Origin: Candidatus Cryptobacteroides pullicola
GTDB taxonomy: Bacteria > Bacteroidota > Bacteroidia > Bacteroidales > UBA932
DNA: 64,000 nt
NCBI GenBank assembly: GCA_018711725.1
Contig: DVHX01000014.1
Span: 16,184 to 80,183, forward strand
Direction of reading: 5' to 3'
The notes below the pieces were generated by a model. It worked only from the letters and a program-made list of their open reading frames with translations. It searched no databases and was not told the origin of the DNA. The position numbers and the translations under genes are program-made. Below are positions 9,796 through 18,530 of the stretch, piece after piece (position 1 is the stretch's first letter; the number at the start of each line of letters is the position of its first letter).

Positions 9796-9827
9796 CAAAG
9801 GTATCATATTTTTTTTTGAAATACAAT
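9796..9827 (-). promoter_or_regulatory. Promoter of the NVEALA operon: ATTG-N20-TACCTTTG
   Basis: Exact -7 element at 9796-9803 and a -33-like ATTG at 9824-9827; spacer contains a 9-nt homopolymer. Confidence 0.6.
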
Positions 9828-10091
9828 AGTTTATACATCAGATGAAGTGATTTGGAAGATACAGGCTGTCGTCTTGCCCACATAGATGAAAGAAATCCGG
9901 GACGGCAGGTTTCACAGGAACGGCCCTGGAAGTTACAGCTGGACATATCCATATCTTCTGGCAAGTCGTTGTTCCCTGATATTCCGCGGCTCCTTTCTGC
10001 AAAACACCTTCCACGCCAGTGGCCATTGGGTGAATAAATCCCGTTCTGAAGTAATCCTGCATGGTCCTGCCGGATATCATGTAATAATTGC

Positions 10092-10099
10092 TATCTTTG
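10092..10099 (+). promoter_or_regulatory. -7 promoter element TATCTTTG for lgt
   Basis: Exact TAnnTTTG match 22 nt upstream of ATG 10122. Confidence 0.6.
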
Positions 10100-10121
10100 C
10101 AGTCTTGAAACTTATGCGCCT

Positions 10122-10958
10122 ATGTTCGCTCAACTTGCGGTATATTGGAATGTCGACCCGGTGATGCTCCAGCTGGGAGGTCTGACCCTGAGGTGGTACG
10201 GCCTGCTCTTCGCGCTGGGCTTCGTGCTGGGTTGGTTCCTTTTCAAGTGGTTCTTCAAGACGGAGAAGCTCGACCAGAACCTGCTCGACCCGCTGTTCGT
10301 GACGGTGATCGTCGCGACGGTGGTGGGCGCCAGGCTCGGGCACTGCATATTCTATCAGCCGGACTACTATTTCGGCTCGTGGAGCGGCTTCTGGGAGATT
10401 TTCATGCCGTGGAAGGGCGGGCTTGCCTCGCACGGCGGCGCGATTGCCCTGCTGATAGGCATCTGGTGGTTTGCGCGCAGGTACGGCCGCAGGGAGGGTA
10501 TAGACTTCTTGTGGCTGATCGACAAGCTCTGCATCGCGGTGGCCTTCGCGGGCTGCCTGATAAGGCTCGGGAACCTGTTCAACTCCGAGATATACGGAGA
10601 TGCCACCGACCTGCCGTGGGGCTTCGTGTTCGAGCGCAACGGCGAGACCGTGCCCAAGCATCCGACCCAGCTGTACGAGGCGCTGACCTACCTGATTCTC
10701 GGGCTCGTGATGCTCTGGATATACAGATACAGGCCCGGCAAGGTATACAGGGGTTTCTATTTCGGCTTCTTCCTCGTAGGCTGCTTCGGCATGAGGTTCC
10801 TCATCGAGTTCATCAAGGAGCCGCAGGTTGGTTTCGAGGAGAACATGGTCCTGAACATGGGACAGCTGCTTTCGATACCGTTCGTCCTTCTTGGAATCGC
10901 GGCTCTCGTATTCTCTTTTTCCAAGAAGATTCCGTCGCGCATAGTCCGGCAGCGCTGA
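10122..10958 (+). CDS. lgt: Prolipoprotein diacylglyceryl transferase
   Basis: LRWYGLLF, GARLGHC, GGLASHGG, IRLGNLFNSEIYG, HPTQLYE motifs. Confidence 0.96.
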   Translation: MFAQLAVYWNVDPVMLQLGGLTLRWYGLLFALGFVLGWFLFKWFFKTEKLDQNLLDPLFVTVIVATVVGARLGHCIFYQPDYYFGSWSGFWEIFMPWKGGLASHGGAIALLIGIWWFARRYGRREGIDFLWLIDKLCIAVAFAGCLIRLGNLFNSEIYGDATDLPWGFVFERNGETVPKHPTQLYEALTYLILGLVMLWIYRYRPGKVYRGFYFGFFLVGCFGMRFLIEFIKEPQVGFEENMVLNMGQLLSIPFVLLGIAALVFSFSKKIPSRIVRQR

Positions 10959-11081
10959 CCAAATGGCATAATATTTGTCTGACGGTGCGCGGATATTTTG
11001 ACGCCGCTTAATGATTGTCGCTGCGTTTCGCGGAAGTGCTTTTGTTCCGCGTGCAGGCTGCAGCGTTTATTATATTAGTGT

Positions 11082-12548
11082 ATGAAGAAAACAGTAATTT
11101 TGTTGGTTGCTGTCTCGTCCGTTTTCTGCATTGGGGCGCACGCCCGGGACGTGGTACAGCAGGTCGATACGGCCTCAGCGCCCAAGTCGATCACTCTCGA
11201 GCAGGCGCTTCAGATCGCACTGAGCGAAAATGCGTCCGTCAAGGTGGCGGACATGGAGATAGAGAGGACGGGATATGCCCGCAAGGGTACTTATGCCTCT
11301 CTTTTTCCGCAGATAGACGGTAACGCTTCCTACCAGCGCACTATCGAAAAGCAGGTGATGTATATGGACTTCGACATGGGCGGAGGTGCATCCGGAGGCT
11401 CGTCGGAAGGTTCCGGCTCGTCTGCCGGTTCGTCGGCCGCTTCGAGCGGAGGCGGAATCGAGGTGGGACGCTGGAACACATGGTCTGCCGGAATCACGGC
11501 TTCCATGCCTCTGGTGAACGCCCAGCTCTGGAAGAGCCTGAAGATTTCCGATCAGGACGTGGAGCTGGCGGTCGAGGCCGCGAGGAGTTCGCGTCTCGAA
11601 ATGGTCAACCAGGTGAAGCAGGCATATTTCGCCTGCCTGCTCGCGAAGGAGGCCTTCGAGGTGTACAAGTCGGTCTACGAGAACGCTCTCGAGAACTACA
11701 AGCTCACAGAGATGAAGTACAACGCCAAGAGGGCGTCGGAACTCGAGCTCACGAGGGCCAAGACCACCCTCGCCAATGCGATTCCGGATGTCTATAATGC
11801 CGAAAGTTCAGTGATACTGTCACTCTGGCAGCTCAAGGCGGTCATGGGAGTCGACCTCGACGAGAATATCGACGTGGCCGAGACTCTTGAGAATTATGCC
11901 GACAGCATGCTCGGCGACCTGGCCGCTTCCGGCGACTCGCTCTCGCTCGAGAACAACAGCACGATGAGGCAGCTCGCCATCCAGGCCGAGCAGCTCGCCA
12001 ATACTATCAAGCTGCAGCAGTACGCCAACATCCCGACGCTTTCGCTCGCGTTCTCCTACAACTTCAACGCGATGACCAACGACTTCAACTTCAGCGAGTA
12101 CAGGTGGTCGCCCTACTCTTATGTGGGAGTGACGCTCTCGATTCCTATCTTCGCCGGCGGCAAGAGGCACAGCGCGATACGCCAGGCGAAGGTGCAGGCC
12201 GCCGAACTGAACGTGCAGCGTGCCGACACCGAGCGCCAGCTCAAGATAGCCATACGCCAGAACCTCAACCAAATGGAGACGGCCATGAAGAGCTACGGGG
12301 CGTCGCAGACGGCGCTTGTGTCCGCCCAGAAGGCATACGACATCACGGCCAAGTCCTACGAGGTCGGAAGCAGTACCCTGACCGACCTCAACGACGCGCA
12401 GCTCGCGCTCACCCAGTCGCAGCTTGCCGTGTCGCAGGCGGTATATGATTTCGTAATCGCGAAGTCCAGCCTCGAGAGCACCGTGGGTGCGGATTTCATC
12501 GATGCTGACGGAAATGTCCAACTGAATAATACATACGAAAATGAATAG
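11082..12548 (+). CDS. TolC family outer membrane efflux protein
   Basis: Signal peptide, ITLEQALQIALSEN, helical repeats, GVTLSIPIFAGG; first gene of an RND operon. Confidence 0.92.
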   Translation: MKKTVILLVAVSSVFCIGAHARDVVQQVDTASAPKSITLEQALQIALSENASVKVADMEIERTGYARKGTYASLFPQIDGNASYQRTIEKQVMYMDFDMGGGASGGSSEGSGSSAGSSAASSGGGIEVGRWNTWSAGITASMPLVNAQLWKSLKISDQDVELAVEAARSSRLEMVNQVKQAYFACLLAKEAFEVYKSVYENALENYKLTEMKYNAKRASELELTRAKTTLANAIPDVYNAESSVILSLWQLKAVMGVDLDENIDVAETLENYADSMLGDLAASGDSLSLENNSTMRQLAIQAEQLANTIKLQQYANIPTLSLAFSYNFNAMTNDFNFSEYRWSPYSYVGVTLSIPIFAGGKRHSAIRQAKVQAAELNVQRADTERQLKIAIRQNLNQMETAMKSYGASQTALVSAQKAYDITAKSYEVGSSTLTDLNDAQLALTQSQLAVSQAVYDFVIAKSSLESTVGADFIDADGNVQLNNTYENE

Positions 12549-13563
12549 AAGCTTGATTTTAGCAGCGGGTGCGCTGGCCGTCGTTCTGTCCAGCTGCGCC
12601 GGAAATAAGAAAGACGAAGGACAGGCCGTGGTCGCGGAGCAGGTACACAACGTGACCGTGACCGTTACCGCAAGGGAGCAGGTTCCCCAGACGGGAATAT
12701 ATTCTTCCACGGTCCAGGCGAACGTGGTCAACAACATAGCGTCGCAGACCGCAGGACGTATACGCACGCTCAATGTCGAGGTAGGCGACTTCGTGGAGAA
12801 GGGACAGGTACTTGCCGAAATGGACAGGACCCAGCTCGACCAGGCGGCCCTTACGCTGAAGAACAACGAGACCGAGTTCGAGCGCATCAAGGCCCTCTTC
12901 GAGGAGGGCGGCGTGTCGCAGTCCGACTATGAGACCGCGGAACTCAGCTACAACGTTTCCAAGAGCTCGTACGACAACCTTCTCGAGAACACGGTGCTTC
13001 TCGCTCCCGTCAGCGGCGTGATAACCGCACGCAACTACGACGTGGGCGACATGTACGCCATGTCCTCTCCTATCTACACCCTGCAGCAGATCACTCCCGT
13101 GAAGCTGCTCGTGCCCGTGTCCGAAATGGACTACACCAACGTGCACCAGGGCGACAAGGTCAGCCTCACCGTGGACGCCATTCCCGGCAGGACCTTCACC
13201 GGCTCGGTGGTCAGGGTATATCCCGTGATCGACCCCACTTCGCATACCTTCAATGTCGAGGTGCATGTGCCCAATACCGACAGGGCAATCCGTCCCGGCA
13301 TGTATGCCCGCGTGACCGTGACCTTCGGCGTCAACGACAGCATAGTCCTGCCTGACACCGCGGTGCTCAAGCAGCAGGGTTCGGGCGTGCGTACCGTGTT
13401 CGTGCTCGGCGACGACAATACGGTGGAGCCGAGGATAGTTACCGTAGGCCTGCATTTCGACGGCCGGTATGAGATCCTTTCAGGTCTCGAAGAAGGTGAA
13501 ACAGTAGTCGTTACGGGCAACTCGAGCCTCAACGGCGGCGATAAAGTGGAGGTGGTAGAATGA
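12541..13563 (+). CDS. RND efflux periplasmic adaptor (MFP) lipoprotein
   Basis: Lipobox VLSSC; GRIRTLNVEVGDFVEKGQVLA lipoyl motif; APVSGVIT; IRPGMYARV. Confidence 0.93.
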   Translation: MNRSLILAAGALAVVLSSCAGNKKDEGQAVVAEQVHNVTVTVTAREQVPQTGIYSSTVQANVVNNIASQTAGRIRTLNVEVGDFVEKGQVLAEMDRTQLDQAALTLKNNETEFERIKALFEEGGVSQSDYETAELSYNVSKSSYDNLLENTVLLAPVSGVITARNYDVGDMYAMSSPIYTLQQITPVKLLVPVSEMDYTNVHQGDKVSLTVDAIPGRTFTGSVVRVYPVIDPTSHTFNVEVHVPNTDRAIRPGMYARVTVTFGVNDSIVLPDTAVLKQQGSGVRTVFVLGDDNTVEPRIVTVGLHFDGRYEILSGLEEGETVVVTGNSSLNGGDKVEVVE

Positions 13564-16500
13564 GTATAATCCGCTCGGCGGTCAACAAGCCGGTAACTAC
13601 GACCCTTGTCTTCGTCGCATTTGCGATTCTGGGAGTGTTCTCCCTCGTGAAGACATCGATCGCCCAGTTCCCGGAATTTGACTCAAACGTTATAATGGTA
13701 ATGTCTTCATATCCCGGCGCCAATGCCGAGGATATCGAGACGAACCTCACGAAGATACTCGAGAACGCCCTGAACGGCGTGGAAGACCTCAAGGATCTTA
13801 CTTCCCAGTCCAAGGAGAACATCTCCCTGCTTACTCTCGAATTCGAATACGGCGTAGACATAGAGGAGGCGACGAACAATGTCCGGGACAAGCTGGACCT
13901 CGTCAACTCCAACCTGCCGGACGGGTGTACCATGCCCGTGATCTTCAAGTTCAGCGCCGACGACATGCCTATCATGATGCTCTCCGCCACGGCGGACGTC
14001 AGCCTGGCCGGTCTCGACAAGATACTTGACGACAAGGTCACGACCCCTCTGGCCCGTGTTAACGGCGTGGGTACCGTTTCCGTGGCAGGTGCGCCGACCC
14101 GTGAGATACAGGTCTACTGCGACCCCAACAAGCTCGAGGCCTACGGTCTGAGCATCAGCGGAATATCTTCTGTGCTCGCGGCCGAGAACAGGAACCTACC
14201 TTCGGGATATATCGACATAGGTTCCGAGACCTACACCCTCCGCGTGCAGAAGGAGTTCACGGACCCTTCCGAGATGCTCGACGTGGTCGTGGGCTCGTTT
14301 GACGGCAAGGCCGTATACCTGCGCGACGTGGCTACCGTCAACGACGGCCAGGAGGAGCGCGAGCAGGAGTCGTACACCAACGGCGAGCGTTCTGCACGAA
14401 TCATTATCCAGAAGCAGTCCGGCGCCAATACGGTGAACGTCATCAACGGAGTCAAGGAGAGGCTCGCCGAAATCGAGCAGACCCTCCCTTCCGACATCGA
14501 GATATCTACCGTATACGACGGTTCAACCGAAATCATCGACTCTATCAACACGCTGGTCGAGACTATCATCATCACCTTCCTGATAGTGACGCTCGTGGTG
14601 TTTGTGTTCCTCGGCAACTGGAAGTCGACGATAATCATCATCCTGTCCATTCCCCTTGCGCTGCTGGCTTCGCTCATCTACCTGTATGCGACCGGCAACA
14701 CGCTGAACATCATCTCGATGTCGGCGCTCTCCATTGCAATCGGTATGGTCGTGGACGACTCCATAGTGGTGCTCGAGAACATCACCACGCACCTGTCGCG
14801 AGGCGAGAAGCCCAAGGAGGCCGCCGTACACGGAACTTCCGAGGTGGGTATCTCCGTCATGGCCTCTACCCTCACGATGCTCTGCGTGTTCCTGCCCCTT
14901 ACGATGATCAGCGGTATGGCCGGAATCATGTTCCAGCAGCTCGGCTGGATAGTCAGCATCATCATGATAATCTCCGTGGCCGCGGCGCTTACCTTCGTGC
15001 CCATGCTCTGTGCATACTGGCTCAAGGCCGAAGTGACGCACGGCAAGGCCTACAGGATTTTCTTTGCGCCTATCAATGCCTTCCTCGACTGGATTTCGAG
15101 GGGATATGCGCATGTCATCCGCTGGGCTACCAAGCGCAGGAGGATAGTCGTGCTGACTTTCGCCGGCGTGTTCGTGGTGGCAATGGTGATATTCATCCCG
15201 AGGCTCACCACGGAGTACTTCCCCCACCAGGATTCGGACCGCGTATCCGCGACCATAGAGCTTCCCATGGGTACGGCCCAGGATGTGACCCGCGAGTTTG
15301 CGGCACGCCTTAACGACGACATCGTAGCTGCCGTTCCCGAGACGCAGATCATCAACTATACCTTCGGACAGGCCGACTCCGACAACACCTTCGCGAGCAT
15401 GCAGGACAACGGTACGCAGCTGATATCCTTCACCGTGAACATCGGTTCGAGCGGGGAGCGCGAGCGCACTTCCGCCGAGATAGCCGACGTCGTCAGGGAT
15501 GTCGTGTCGCAGTATCCCGAGATCCGCAGGGCCACCGTCACCGAAGGCGGCGGCGGAATGGGCGGCGCGTCGACAGTGGATGTCGAGGTCTACGGCTACA
15601 GCTTCGACGAGACCGACCGTATCGCACGCGCCCTGCAGGAGAAGATGCTCGAGAGCCCTACATATACTCAGGTTACGCTCAGCCGTGACGAGTACACCCC
15701 CGAGCTCCAGATGGACTTCGACCGCACCAAGCTCGCCCTCAACGGGCTCAACTCATCTACCGCGGGTGCCGCGTTCAGCGCAGCGATGAGCGGTTCGATG
15801 GAGTCCTATTACCGCGAGGACGGCGAGGAGTACGATATCCGTGTGCGCTACTCTCCCGAGTACCGTACCAGGGTCGAAGATCTCGAGAACATTCTCGTGA
15901 CCAACGGCTACGGCCAGCAGGTGAGGATGAAGGACCTCGGAAACGTGGTCGAGACCCTCGTGCCTCCTACTATAGAGCGTAAGGACAGGGAGCGTCTGGT
16001 GACCGTCAGCGGTATAGTTGCCAACGGAGCCGCGCTCAGCGAGGCCGTCGCTGCCGCGGAGGCCGCGATAAGCAGCACGGAAATCCCGACCGAACTGTCT
16101 GTAGTCATTGCCGGTGACTATGAAGACCAGCAGGACATGTTCGGCGACCTGCTTGTGCTCGTCGTGCTGATGATAGTGCTCGTGTACATGGTGATGGCGT
16201 CGCAGTTCGAAGCCCTGATGGCTCCTTTCGTGATAATGTTCTCGCTGCCGTTCGCGCTCGTCGGAGTGTTCCTCGGCCTCGAACTTGCCGGTGAGGCGCT
16301 CGGAGTCATGGCCCTCATAGGTATAATAATGCTGATCGGTATAGTGGTGAAGAACGGTATCGTGCTCATCGACTATACGATACTGTGCCGCGAGAGGGGA
16401 ATGAACATACGCGACGCGTCCACTACGGCTGCACGCAGCCGACTGCGTCCTATCCTCATGACCACCCTCACCACCGTGCTCGGTATGCTGCCTCTGGCCG

Positions 16501-16649
16501 TCAGCCAGGGAGAGGGCGCCGAGATGTGGAGGCCTCTCGGAATCACGGTATGCTGGGGTCTGACTATATCGACCCTCATCACCCTCGTGCTGATTCCTAC
16601 GCTTTACTGCTCGCTGTCTTATAGAATGGAAAGGAGGAAAAAGAAATGA
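13560..16649 (+). CDS. RND efflux permease (AcrB/AcrD/AcrF family)
   Basis: 1029 aa, 12-TM pattern, IGMVVDDSIVVLEN, IGIVVKNGIVLID, RLRPILMTT. Confidence 0.95.
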   Translation: MSIIRSAVNKPVTTTLVFVAFAILGVFSLVKTSIAQFPEFDSNVIMVMSSYPGANAEDIETNLTKILENALNGVEDLKDLTSQSKENISLLTLEFEYGVDIEEATNNVRDKLDLVNSNLPDGCTMPVIFKFSADDMPIMMLSATADVSLAGLDKILDDKVTTPLARVNGVGTVSVAGAPTREIQVYCDPNKLEAYGLSISGISSVLAAENRNLPSGYIDIGSETYTLRVQKEFTDPSEMLDVVVGSFDGKAVYLRDVATVNDGQEEREQESYTNGERSARIIIQKQSGANTVNVINGVKERLAEIEQTLPSDIEISTVYDGSTEIIDSINTLVETIIITFLIVTLVVFVFLGNWKSTIIIILSIPLALLASLIYLYATGNTLNIISMSALSIAIGMVVDDSIVVLENITTHLSRGEKPKEAAVHGTSEVGISVMASTLTMLCVFLPLTMISGMAGIMFQQLGWIVSIIMIISVAAALTFVPMLCAYWLKAEVTHGKAYRIFFAPINAFLDWISRGYAHVIRWATKRRRIVVLTFAGVFVVAMVIFIPRLTTEYFPHQDSDRVSATIELPMGTAQDVTREFAARLNDDIVAAVPETQIINYTFGQADSDNTFASMQDNGTQLISFTVNIGSSGERERTSAEIADVVRDVVSQYPEIRRATVTEGGGGMGGASTVDVEVYGYSFDETDRIARALQEKMLESPTYTQVTLSRDEYTPELQMDFDRTKLALNGLNSSTAGAAFSAAMSGSMESYYREDGEEYDIRVRYSPEYRTRVEDLENILVTNGYGQQVRMKDLGNVVETLVPPTIERKDRERLVTVSGIVANGAALSEAVAAAEAAISSTEIPTELSVVIAGDYEDQQDMFGDLLVLVVLMIVLVYMVMASQFEALMAPFVIMFSLPFALVGVFLGLELAGEALGVMALIGIIMLIGIVVKNGIVLIDYTILCRERGMNIRDASTTAARSRLRPILMTTLTTVLGMLPLAVSQGEGAEMWRPLGITVCWGLTISTLITLVLIPTLYCSLSYRMERRKKK

Positions 16650-16939
16650 AAGCAATGTTCATAGCATATAACCAGTCGTTTAACGAGGAGATCGTACAGG
16701 CTCTGCAGGAGTGCGGCCAGAAGGGCTTCACGCGATGGCAGGACATCGAGGGCCGGGGCCATTTCAACGGCCAGCCCCGTCTCGGAAGCCACGCCTGGCC
16801 CGAACTCAATCAGGGAGTGCTCGCCGTGATGCCCGACGAAGTGGTCGACAAGGTGCTCGCCGTCCTGAAGGCCAAGGATGAGGCCGCTCCGGAGTTGGGA
16901 CTGCGCGCTTTCGTCTGGAATGTGGAGAAGTATTATTAA
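16646..16939 (+). CDS. PG0541-family P-II-like transporter-associated protein
   Basis: MKAMFIAYNQ...GFTRWQDIEGRG...PRLGSHAWPELN, coupled to the RND permease stop. Confidence 0.75.
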   Translation: MKAMFIAYNQSFNEEIVQALQECGQKGFTRWQDIEGRGHFNGQPRLGSHAWPELNQGVLAVMPDEVVDKVLAVLKAKDEAAPELGLRAFVWNVEKYY

Positions 16940-16962
16940 TTCTCTTATTATTTGCTATATTT

Positions 16963-16999
16963 GCACCTGCCGCCGGGCGTCCGGCGACAGGTGTTTTTT
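16963..16999 (+). terminator. Intrinsic terminator of the RND operon, overlapping the trxA promoter
   Basis: GCACCTG-CCGCCGG-GCGT-CCGGCGA-CAGGTGT followed by a T run; TATATTTG at 16956-16963. Confidence 0.6.
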
Positions 17000-17012
17000 A
17001 AATAGGTATATT

Positions 17013-17327
17013 ATGGCACAAGTTGTAACGAATGCGAATATCGCAGAGATACTGTCATCTTCAAAACCTGTGGTGATTGACTTCTGGGCCACATGGTGCG
17101 GCCCCTGCCGTGTGCTCGGCCCTACCGTAGAGGAGGTCGCCGGCGAGTACGAGGGCCGTGCGGTCGTTGCCAAATGCAACGTCGACGACTGTGAGGACAT
17201 CTCTATGAAGTACGGCATCCGCAACATTCCCACGCTGCTGTTCTTCAAGGACGGACAGGTGGTGGACAGGACCGTCGGAGTCGTATCGAAACAGGAAATA
17301 ACATCCAAGATTGACAAACTGATTTAG
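17013..17327 (+). CDS. trxA: Thioredoxin
   Basis: DFWATWCGPC active site; 104 aa from MAQVVT. Confidence 0.96.
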   Translation: MAQVVTNANIAEILSSSKPVVIDFWATWCGPCRVLGPTVEEVAGEYEGRAVVAKCNVDDCEDISMKYGIRNIPTLLFFKDGQVVDRTVGVVSKQEITSKIDKLI

Positions 17328-17333
17328 TTCGAC

Positions 17334-17990
17334 ATGAAAAAACTTATCGCAGCAGCAGTCGCTGTCTTCTGTATGGCAGTCAGCGCACAAGCCCAGATCG
17401 GTATTACCGCGGGACTTACTTCGACTTCTTCTACTCTCAAGGATGCCAAGCAGTCCTTCGAGAGCGGCAATGTGAACCAGTACCATGTAGGCCTTGTCTA
17501 CAAGATCGGACTGGGCAACATCCTCGCAATCCAGCCGGGACTCGTCTATAATGTCAAAGGAAGCAGCTTTGACATAAGCAACATCGGAAACACCTCGGTA
17601 GATTTCAAGACCGGGTTCCTCGAGATTCCCGTGCAGGTTCAGGCCGGACTCGGCATAGGCAAGATAGCCAGGGTATATGCCCTTGCAGAGCCTTTCGTCG
17701 GAGTCGCCGTTTCCAACAAGGTGACCGTCAATTCTGCCGTCGAGGCAATCTCCGGCACGCAGAAGACCTGGGACAATGTCAAGAACCGTATGGAGTACGG
17801 AATAGGACTCGGTGCAGGCGTGGAGCTGTTCAGGCATGTCCAGGCCAGTGTCAAGTATTTCTGGAACTTCGGCAACCTCTACGGCCAGAATACCGAGAAT
17901 CCTGACCTTGATTCTGTCGTGAACGACATCCTGAATGTCGACAAGAACAATGTCGGAGGTATCGCTGCCACCGTGACCGTCCTTTTCTAA
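17334..17990 (+). CDS. Outer membrane beta-barrel (porin/PorT-like, OMP_b-brl_2) protein
   Basis: Signal peptide ending AQA, amphipathic beta strands, YGIGLGAGVE, terminal Phe. Confidence 0.75.
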   Translation: MKKLIAAAVAVFCMAVSAQAQIGITAGLTSTSSTLKDAKQSFESGNVNQYHVGLVYKIGLGNILAIQPGLVYNVKGSSFDISNIGNTSVDFKTGFLEIPVQVQAGLGIGKIARVYALAEPFVGVAVSNKVTVNSAVEAISGTQKTWDNVKNRMEYGIGLGAGVELFRHVQASVKYFWNFGNLYGQNTENPDLDSVVNDILNVDKNNVGGIAATVTVLF

Positions 17991-17999
17991 AAGAACCGT

Positions 18000-18530
18000 A
18001 TGGCAGACAAGTCGGCGGTAATATTCTGTTCCGCCAGCGACGATATAGACCCTATCTACAACCAGGCTGCACGGGAAGTTGTCCGTGCGGCTTGTTTGTG
18101 TGGATATGACATAGTGTCGGGCGGTACCGTGAAGGGCACCATGAGGCATGTGTGCGACGAGGCGGCGGCCTGCGGCGTCAGGGTCAGGGGAGTGATTCCC
18201 CGCTTCATGAAGGGGCTGGAGCATCCCGCGCTTACCGAATGCGTGTGGACGGACAGGATGTCCCAGCGCAAGGACGGCATGCGCGAAGGGACATGCCTTG
18301 CGATAGCTCTCCCCGGAGGGATAGGCACCATGGACGAACTTGCCGAGACATACTGCCTCGCCAAGATGCGGCTCTATCCGGGACGGGTGGTCGCATTCGA
18401 CATGGACGGCTTCTACGAGCCTTTCAAGGCCCAGCTCGACCTCTATGTGAGGAAAGGCATGCTGGACGCGGAATCCCGCGCTCTGATCGCCTTTCCCGAA
18501 ACCCTCTCCGAACTCAAGGAACTTCTGTGA
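18000..18530 (+). CDS. LOG family nucleotide 5'-monophosphate nucleosidase
   Basis: IVSGG, LPGGIGTMDE (PGGxGTxxE) motif. Confidence 0.88.
   Translation: MADKSAVIFCSASDDIDPIYNQAAREVVRAACLCGYDIVSGGTVKGTMRHVCDEAAACGVRVRGVIPRFMKGLEHPALTECVWTDRMSQRKDGMREGTCLAIALPGGIGTMDELAETYCLAKMRLYPGRVVAFDMDGFYEPFKAQLDLYVRKGMLDAESRALIAFPETLSELKELL

Noticed and set aside
5147-10121. Island considered as an integrative or transposable element
   Set aside because: No integrase, transposase or clear flanking direct repeat was found by eye; treated as a recombined accessory locus
11019-11065. Nested hairpin (CGCTGC/GCAGCG around CGCGGAA/TTCCGCG) upstream of TolC, considered as a riboswitch
   Set aside because: No recognisable aptamer; followed by a T-rich run and could simply be the lgt terminator
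11380-11460. Gly/Ser low-complexity stretch in TolC
   Set aside because: A variable extracellular loop is common in Bacteroidales TolC proteins; not a DNA repeat array
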